Origin: a virus
Strand: one strand, 5' to 3'
Virus record (IMG/VR): IMGVR_UViG_3300026522_000016
DNA: 29,371 nucleotides
A program made the translations under genes and the position numbers. The notes under the pieces were generated by a model. That model did not search any database. It was given only the letters and a program-made list of their open reading frames with translations, and was not told the DNA's origin. Below are positions 1-5,642 of this stretch, piece by piece. Each line of letters begins with the position of its first letter. Within the stretch, counting starts at the first letter, position 1.

Positions 1-46
1 TTTCCTAAACCGTGCGTCGGGTGTTCGAATCGCCTCTGGGGCACCA
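1..46 (+). tRNA. Partial tRNA-Arg(CCU), cloverleaf positions 31-76 only (attP core), copy 1
   Basis: Anticodon loop TTCCTAA, 3' anticodon stem ACCGT, variable loop GCGTC, T-arm GGGTG/TTCGAAT/CGCCT, acceptor 3' strand CTGGGGC, discriminator A, CCA. The 5' half is absent. Confidence 0.6.
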
Positions 47-52
47 TTCTTA

Positions 53-101
53 AAAGCCTTGCAAACGCTGAAAATTCAACGTTCGTGCAAGGCTTTGTTT
101 T
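53..101 (+). terminator. Rho-independent terminator downstream of the tRNA fragment
   Basis: Perfect 11-bp stem AAAGCCTTGCA (53-63) / TGCAAGGCTTT (86-96), with inner AACG/CGTT pairing, followed by GTTTTAT. Confidence 0.7.
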
Positions 102-164
102 ATGCGTTCTGTGGTAATATCTTACATAAATTAGTGAAAAAGTGAGGAAAAGTGTGTATAAAGG

Positions 165-187
165 TGTCGTACCCTGCGTCGTACCCT
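165..187 (+). promoter_or_regulatory. Two tandem GTCGTACCCT repeats with 12-bp spacing; candidate integrase arm-type sites (P' arm)
   Basis: tGTCGTACCCTgcGTCGTACCCT. The same 8-mer occurs twice at 29185-29205 on the other side of the att core. Confidence 0.45.
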
Positions 188-205
188 TTTATTCTAATCG
201 TGAAA

Positions 206-246
206 TTAAAAAAATCCCGGAAGGTTGAGCCCTCCGGGATTTTTAT
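206..246 (-). terminator. Bidirectional rho-independent terminator ending the long minus-strand operon
   Basis: Stem ATCCCGGA (214-221) / TCCGGGAT (233-240) plus two further GC pairs. It is flanked by an A7 run (208-214) and a T5 run (240-244). Confidence 0.75.
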
Positions 247-643
247 TTACACTTCTTCGAGAATAAATTTTTTCCATTTCCCGAAGTCGAACTTTCCGGC
301 CTCTGAGCCGGAGCTGCAGGACTGCACGAAGAACTCGCCGGTGTACGTCACCATGATCCGAATCCTGTAACACCACTGCGGTGAGTCCTCTCACCTGCAC
401 ATATACTACGCCTGGATCAAGGGCCAGAGTGTCGCTTTGAGATAGATTGATCTCGATGCAGTTCTTTTCTACGGCCATCTCGTCTACGGCCGTCTCGGTC
501 AGTGTCTTCGTGATTTCCTTATCAGCCTGACGCATGGTCACCCAAATCTGCTTGCAGCGCCTCAGATCAATTTCTGATTCGATGCTTAATTTTAATGTCG
601 GTGTAGTTCCTCTAATCAAAGTTATCGCCTCGCTTTTATGCAT
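206..643 (-). CDS. Hypothetical protein, N-terminal part beta-sandwich/Ig-like (BppU-like pattern); the 3' end is doubtful (see findings)
   Basis: 145-aa ORF. The first ~90 aa look protein-like (RGTTPTLKLSIE...INLSQSDTLALDPGVVYVQVRGL). The last ~50 aa are Arg-rich and read through the terminator hairpin. Confidence 0.45.
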   Translation of the reverse strand: MHKSEAITLIRGTTPTLKLSIESEIDLRRCKQIWVTMRQADKEITKTLTETAVDEMAVEKNCIEINLSQSDTLALDPGVVYVQVRGLTAVVLQDSDHGDVHRRVLRAVLQLRLRGRKVRLREMEKIYSRRSVNKNPGGLNLPGFF

Positions 644-1166
644 TTATTTTCTTGATTAAGATCACGCCTTTATAAAATTTATTTCCACACTTTCTTTTGA
701 TCTCCTGCGTTGCCGTCACCGCACTGATCTTCCCGGAGCTGATCCGCCGGATGCGCGCTCCGTCCCATACGAGAACCACCGTGTGGATCGGATCGCCTTC
801 CTCAAAGATCACCAGCCATCCTTTCCGCAGCCAGTCCCCCAGCTGCTCCGCCGTCGTTGTCCGGCGGAATTTCACGAATTCCGGTCCGATCACTTTTTTC
901 AGCGCCCTGGCGATTTCCACGATCGGATATTTGCTGCGGCACTTCAGGTGCTTTCTCGCGTATTTCAGGCACTTTCCCATTGTCCACTTTTTCCCGCACC
1001 AGCGGAGCGCGATATACATGCCGACCAGCGAGCAGCCGTGTTCGCGGATAAAGGCTGTTTTAAATCGCTGCTGTTTCGGAATTGGAATCCGCCTGCCGTT
1101 TCCGCAGATGATTTCACATGGATATTTGTAGTTATCCGTCTTTCTTATCTTTCCAATACTTGTCAT
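636..1166 (-). CDS. Hypothetical Cys/His protein, possible papain-fold (NlpC/P60-, CHAP- or C39-like) hydrolase
   Basis: 176-aa ORF whose start overlaps the stop of the S subunit by 4 nt. The EHGCSLVGMY motif followed by GWLVIFEEGDPIHTVVLVWDG resembles the Cys and His boxes of papain-like hydrolases. No signal peptide. Confidence 0.35.
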   Translation of the reverse strand: MTSIGKIRKTDNYKYPCEIICGNGRRIPIPKQQRFKTAFIREHGCSLVGMYIALRWCGKKWTMGKCLKYARKHLKCRSKYPIVEIARALKKVIGPEFVKFRRTTTAEQLGDWLRKGWLVIFEEGDPIHTVVLVWDGARIRRISSGKISAVTATQEIKRKCGNKFYKGVILIKKINA

Positions 1167-1609
1167 TTTCTTTGCTCCACAAAAAGATTTCTCATATAAA
1201 AGGCTTTAACTGCCTTTAGCTTCTCAATTTCTCTTTCCTCCGCCTCAATCGCTTCCTGCACTTTTTGCTGCATTTCGACGATTTTGCGCTGCTCTTCGAC
1301 ATCTTCATGATATTCAATTTCAAAATGTCTCAAAGTGTCAATCTGCAGATTTATCGTAGTCAGATACTTGTGCACGAATTTCGGCAGCCCTCTTTCTATG
1401 ACCAGAAATAAGTATTCCGGAATAACTTCTTTTTTTGATGTGACAACGGCGTATCTCGTACTTACTTCGCCCTCAGAAGAATGAAATCTGACTGCGCCTT
1501 TCGTCGCAGACAACTCGATCAGCGTCTCCCCTCCCGGGTAGCGCTTCCCTTTCTTGGCTCTCTCGATCGTCGCCACCTGCGGCAATGTTGCTTCTATGAT
1601 TCTTTTCAT
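1163..1609 (-). CDS. hsdS: Half-size type I restriction-modification specificity subunit (single TRD plus one conserved coiled-coil region)
   Basis: 148 aa. The C-terminal EEQRKIVEMQQKVQEAIEAEEREIEKLKAVKAFYMRNLF matches the HsdS conserved-region pattern (EQ..I......L..LK..L...LF). Strong SD, AAGGAG, 6 nt before the ATG. Confidence 0.65.
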   Translation of the reverse strand: MKRIIEATLPQVATIERAKKGKRYPGGETLIELSATKGAVRFHSSEGEVSTRYAVVTSKKEVIPEYLFLVIERGLPKFVHKYLTTINLQIDTLRHFEIEYHEDVEEQRKIVEMQQKVQEAIEAEEREIEKLKAVKAFYMRNLFVEQRK

Positions 1610-2822
1610 TCAGGTACTCCTTATAAAATTCGTTCGCTTTATCGACAATCTCCTGTGCCTCCGGCGTCGTGCCGACTAACTGCGTCGCCATCGCGATCAA
1701 TTCCCTCTCGGTTTTATCGATCTCCATGTTGATCGCCTTCAGCTCTGCCAGCGTCTCCAGGAGATCGGGCACGGGCTCCGGCTCAAATGTGTCCACATAC
1801 CGCGGAATGTTCAGATTGTATCCATTCTCCTGAATTTCCTCCCGAGTGGCCACATGCGACAGCTTGTCCACATCCATTCTCAAATTCACTACACTTGCGA
1901 CGCGATCAACCTGCTCCTCAGTCATGATGTTCGTCTTTCCGCATTTGATAAACTCTCTCGACGCGTCCACCATCAAGACGTCCTCCCGATCGCGGTTCTT
2001 CTTCAAAATCATTATCAACACAGGGATTCCGGTGTTCAAAAAAAGGTTCTCCGGAAGGCCTATGACCGCATCAATTAAGTTTGCGTCAATCAGATTTTTC
2101 CGTATCGCTTCTTCCTTTTTTCCTCTGAAAAGTACTCCGTGTGGAAGAATTTCCACCAGTGTTCCATCGTCGTCAAGTCTCGAAATCCCATCTTGTATAA
2201 AAAGGTAGTCGCTGAATCCAGACGGCGTCAAGCCAAAAGAAAAACGCGGATCATCCGCGACCTTGTCTACGTCTTGAAATTTCAGTGAGTATGGCGGGTT
2301 GCTCACGATCCGCTTCCACTTACGCGGGGCGCCCTCCGGCTTCAGCACCGGCCGGGTAAACTCGCCGCACGGCTGCATCTCATAGATTGATTCTGTTTTC
2401 CCGGTCAGCACATCCCGAAGCGCCACTTCGCCGCAATATCCCCGGATCCCAAAATTTAAAAGCAGCACCGGAAGCGCCCTCGTGCTGACCTCTTCAGCTC
2501 TGTGGAATCCCCCAGGCTTGCATGCAATCGAAAGCGCACCGGTTCCTGCGCATATATCCAGAGTGTCTTCAGCATCGCCCGACAGTCTCCTGACCAGCTC
2601 GCAGACGCAATCCGGCGTATAATCCTGCTTCAGCTTCCCGCGGTCGCCATGCTCCTCCTGGAAGTAGTCCCGCAGAACGTCCTTTGACAAGTCAATATCC
2701 ATTGTTAACATTTTTTCGTAGAATTCACGCACGCTTTCTCCGGTCAGAATTTCCATTAACCTTTCCGGCATCTCATACGACTCTTTGATCCCGAGAATAT
2801 TGTTAAATTCTTCATTGGTCAT
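1473..2822 (-). CDS. hsdM: N6-adenine DNA methyltransferase, type I HsdM-like (gamma class)
   Basis: AdoMet motif LDICAGTGAL and catalytic motif IV SNPPYS. Helical C-terminus typical of HsdM. The start overlaps the endolysin stop by 4 nt. The last 45 codons overlap hsdS out of frame. Confidence 0.8.
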   Translation of the reverse strand: MTNEEFNNILGIKESYEMPERLMEILTGESVREFYEKMLTMDIDLSKDVLRDYFQEEHGDRGKLKQDYTPDCVCELVRRLSGDAEDTLDICAGTGALSIACKPGGFHRAEEVSTRALPVLLLNFGIRGYCGEVALRDVLTGKTESIYEMQPCGEFTRPVLKPEGAPRKWKRIVSNPPYSLKFQDVDKVADDPRFSFGLTPSGFSDYLFIQDGISRLDDDGTLVEILPHGVLFRGKKEEAIRKNLIDANLIDAVIGLPENLFLNTGIPVLIMILKKNRDREDVLMVDASREFIKCGKTNIMTEEQVDRVASVVNLRMDVDKLSHVATREEIQENGYNLNIPRYVDTFEPEPVPDLLETLAELKAINMEIDKTERELIAMATQLVGTTPEAQEIVDKANEFYKEYLNEKNHRSNIAAGGDDRESQEREALPGRGDADRVVCDERRSQISFF

Positions 2823-3382
2823 TTTTTCTTCCCTGTAAATTCCACTCCGATATAAGAGCAGATGGCTTTGGCCAACGCTTTTCCGTATGCTTCGTGCTGC
2901 GTCAGCTTCTTCATGTCGGCCTTGATCGCTCCGGTCTCAAAGATCACTGCCGGCATGTCAGTTGCGGTCAGTTCGTACAGATCGGGCCGTCGGCCGGCGC
3001 CTTTATACTTCATCTTCATCGCCTTCGCGACGGATTTTCCGACTTTTTTCGCAAAGGCTTTTCCAGATCCTGAGATATACAGCGGATACACGCCCGGACC
3101 GGCCAGCCGATAGTCGCAGTGTACGGACATATACAGTTTTGCCCTCTGGCGATTCGCCCACTTGACGCAGCTGATCATGTTCCTGTTGTTGTTCTTGTCC
3201 GCGTCAGTGAGGACGCGGACTCCGGATCCCCGCAGATATGCTACGGCCGCTTTGGTGATTTTGAGCATCTGGCCGGCTTCGGTGTATTTTCCGTAAGTGC
3301 ATCCCGGATCCCATGATCCGTCGATGCTTTTTCCGTGTCCGCACATCAGCGCCAGCACATCTTTCTTTTTATTCCACGCCAT
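2819..3382 (-). CDS. Endolysin, N-acetylmuramoyl-L-alanine amidase (Amidase_3-like), single domain
   Basis: Motifs CGHGKS...DPGC, SVHCDY and AVIFETG. Start chosen at 3382 (SD GAGGAGG), one nt after the upstream stop, rather than at the ORF-track Met at 3427. Confidence 0.8.
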   Translation of the reverse strand: MAWNKKKDVLALMCGHGKSIDGSWDPGCTYGKYTEAGQMLKITKAAVAYLRGSGVRVLTDADKNNNRNMISCVKWANRQRAKLYMSVHCDYRLAGPGVYPLYISGSGKAFAKKVGKSVAKAMKMKYKGAGRRPDLYELTATDMPAVIFETGAIKADMKKLTQHEAYGKALAKAICSYIGVEFTGKKK

Positions 3383-3383
3383 T

Positions 3384-3659
3384 TTATTTCGCCTCCTCTT
3401 CTGTCTCCTCTTCCGTGACGTCCTCATCTCCGCCTTCTGCTTCCTCCGCGGTCAGCTCGCTGGGGCCCGTCGCCTCCGGAAGTCCAGCCACAGAGGTAAG
3501 CAGCGAAAGAATCCCCGCCAGCACTGCCGCAGAGATCACCATCCTCCAATCCACCGATGACAGCACCGCCGCACTTCCGATCGTGGCGATTGCCGTCTGC
3601 GCCATAGTCTTCACGGCGCGCGTTCCGGCTGCCTTCATCCAAATTTTGTTAATCATCAT
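3384..3659 (-). CDS. Holin-like membrane protein (r1t-type pattern) with an acidic C-terminal tail
   Basis: 91 aa. The N-terminal RAVKTMAQTAIATIG motif and two hydrophobic segments sit next to the other holin and the endolysin. Confidence 0.55.
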   Translation of the reverse strand: MMINKIWMKAAGTRAVKTMAQTAIATIGSAAVLSSVDWRMVISAAVLAGILSLLTSVAGLPEATGPSELTAEEAEGGDEDVTEEETEEEAK

Positions 3660-4084
3660 CCTGCCTCCTTTTTTGTTTCCTGATTTGTGAGCATCTCAAT
3701 TCCGCGCTGGATCACCTTGGGGATCGGTATCCCCATGAGCCCCGCGTTTTCGATGATGCTCAACGTTTCGTTGGTGATAAATGCGATCACCGTGGCATCG
3801 CGTATGAAATGCGTATGCGCTTCAAAGTCCAGCCTGCATGCCACGATCACAATCATCATGATCACTCCCTTGCGACACAATCCTTTAAATCCCGCCCTCG
3901 ACTCCAGCTTTCCTGTACGCGATTTTTTTGACTTATGAAAAACACCGGCCACAATTAAGCCGGTGACGTAGTCAATTGCCATGAAAATTACGAGAGTCGT
4001 CATGGAGTCGCTCCAGCCGCCGAAAAATTCAGCGACCACCCCGCCTGCGATTCCGCAGCAGACCGCAAATGTTTTCTCTCCCAT
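3656..4084 (-). CDS. Holin, Phage_holin_4_1 (TcdE/toxin-secretion holin-like) family
   Basis: 142 aa with multiple TM segments. Motifs AIDYVTGLI, GFKGLCRKG and ITNETLSIIENAGLMGIPIP are typical of this holin family. Confidence 0.8.
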   Translation of the reverse strand: MGEKTFAVCCGIAGGVVAEFFGGWSDSMTTLVIFMAIDYVTGLIVAGVFHKSKKSRTGKLESRAGFKGLCRKGVIMMIVIVACRLDFEAHTHFIRDATVIAFITNETLSIIENAGLMGIPIPKVIQRGIEMLTNQETKKEAG

Positions 4085-4093
4085 GTCTACCTC

Positions 4094-5632
4094 CTATGCT
4101 GTCCTCTTCCACATATATACGGTCAAGTACGGAGGCATGTTGTTGTGCGGTTGTGTCCCGCCTGCACCGTCGGTAGTACCTGAGTGAGTGTGCGCTCCTG
4201 CGGAAGTTGTTCTTACCTCTCCTGCGTTGTAATTGCTCCAGTGCTGACCATCGATTGTCCCTTTTCCATACGCATCTTTTCGCTTGTAGCCTGCTCTGTG
4301 ATCGTGGCTGCCCGCAGAGTCCGTAGTGAAAGCATGCCGGTGATCCGGCAGTTCAGCTTCCGTCAGTGTGTGTGTCGCTTCACCGCCGAAACCACCGGCA
4401 GCATACGTTGAGCCTGCCGCAAGCAAAAATCTGTCCTGAATTCTTTCCCACGTTCCGCCAAACAGCGTGGCTGGTGATGTGGCGTTTGTCGACATATAGA
4501 TAGAGCCGACGGGGTAAATTAGATTGGCTATTCCGGTAATATCCGATGGTGTAATGTTCTCCGCCCTTAAATTTTTGAAGCCGCAATATATCTCGTCTTT
4601 GTTCGCAGCTGTTCCTCCAAACGCGATTCCTTTCCCATCTGTCCTAACGTCCATGATGTATGCCTTAGAAAATATCCTTACCTTCGCTGACTTTGCCGTT
4701 GTATAGTCGTCTGTGAGTTCTGCATAAATGTCCCATGTATAATCTTGCGACAATTCGACAGTGATAGATTGATCTGCGAATTTTGCTGTGGTTGGTGATA
4801 TTGTTTGCGTAAGTTTCTGCCATCCTGTCGCGCTCGTTTCTTTTATATAAAATGCAATCGTTCTTGACGTGCTACTTTCAGCGGATTCTCCGGAACAAGA
4901 TAATACAACATTGTTCATGTCGATTGCCAGTCTGTATGCCTTTACTGAGCATGAGCACGCCGTTTCCGTCACGGATACACTGTATAGTCTTTTTGCAAGC
5001 AGATTTCCATCTGCATATTCATCCACTATCAATGATGTTAAATTTCCGGCTCGTTTGAAAACACTTGCAGGAACGGCAAATTCAACTGTTTTTCCGTATA
5101 ATTCATATGTGTACTGCGTTCCGCCATTATTGCAAAAATTCAACTTGTATGATGAAGCCTTATCGAATGTATAAGTCCCAAGCTCTCCGTATTTAAGTTC
5201 TTCTGGCTTTGTTTCTAGATAGCCCGAGTCGAAAAGGATCGTATGCCGTCCATACTCATTCGTTGTAATTCCGTAGTTAAATATTTCTCCGCTGTCTTTG
5301 TATTCTATATATGCGTCTGCCCAAGTTGTAATGTTTCCATATTGTCCATCAATTGTTTCAGTCGCTGTTAAAACACAGTTCATCGATTTGCCAACACTAA
5401 CTGACTTCGATACTGTTGAGTTGTCGTTCTTTTCAATTCTCGCCGTAACTGTTATATTTTTTGAGGATTTTGCATATAGGCTGTATTTTATTTCAGCGTG
5501 TGTCATATTTATTTCCACATCAAGAGAAACAATTTCGATTAGCAAATAGCTATCTTTGGACAATTCGCCTGCACCTGCCGAAACATATGGGTCTTTATCT
5601 AACTTTATCGTTTTGCTTATTATCGCCATCAT
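4094..5632 (-). CDS. Receptor-binding tail fibre with a C-terminal phage tail-collar-like domain
   Basis: 512 aa. The C-terminus (YPVGSIYMS...LFGGTWERI, HxH-rich Gly stretch, PHNNMPPYLTVYMWKRTA) matches the tail-collar/MdpB-type pattern. It is the last structural gene before the lysis cassette. Confidence 0.7.
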   Translation of the reverse strand: MMAIISKTIKLDKDPYVSAGAGELSKDSYLLIEIVSLDVEINMTHAEIKYSLYAKSSKNITVTARIEKNDNSTVSKSVSVGKSMNCVLTATETIDGQYGNITTWADAYIEYKDSGEIFNYGITTNEYGRHTILFDSGYLETKPEELKYGELGTYTFDKASSYKLNFCNNGGTQYTYELYGKTVEFAVPASVFKRAGNLTSLIVDEYADGNLLAKRLYSVSVTETACSCSVKAYRLAIDMNNVVLSCSGESAESSTSRTIAFYIKETSATGWQKLTQTISPTTAKFADQSITVELSQDYTWDIYAELTDDYTTAKSAKVRIFSKAYIMDVRTDGKGIAFGGTAANKDEIYCGFKNLRAENITPSDITGIANLIYPVGSIYMSTNATSPATLFGGTWERIQDRFLLAAGSTYAAGGFGGEATHTLTEAELPDHRHAFTTDSAGSHDHRAGYKRKDAYGKGTIDGQHWSNYNAGEVRTTSAGAHTHSGTTDGAGGTQPHNNMPPYLTVYMWKRTA

Positions 5633-5642
5633 TTCACCTCTC

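Larger units (their letters stand above)
1..127. repeat. Exact 127-bp terminal direct repeat, copy 1 (identical to 29245-29371); circular-closure overlap or att repeat
   Basis: Base-by-base comparison of the first and last 127 nt shows identity. The repeat starts and ends exactly at the window edges. Confidence 0.95.

Noticed and set aside
152-370. 72-aa + strand ORF (GTG start) next to attP
   Set aside because: It spans the bidirectional terminator and the antisense of the last minus-strand gene, it has no SD, and its translation is not protein-like.
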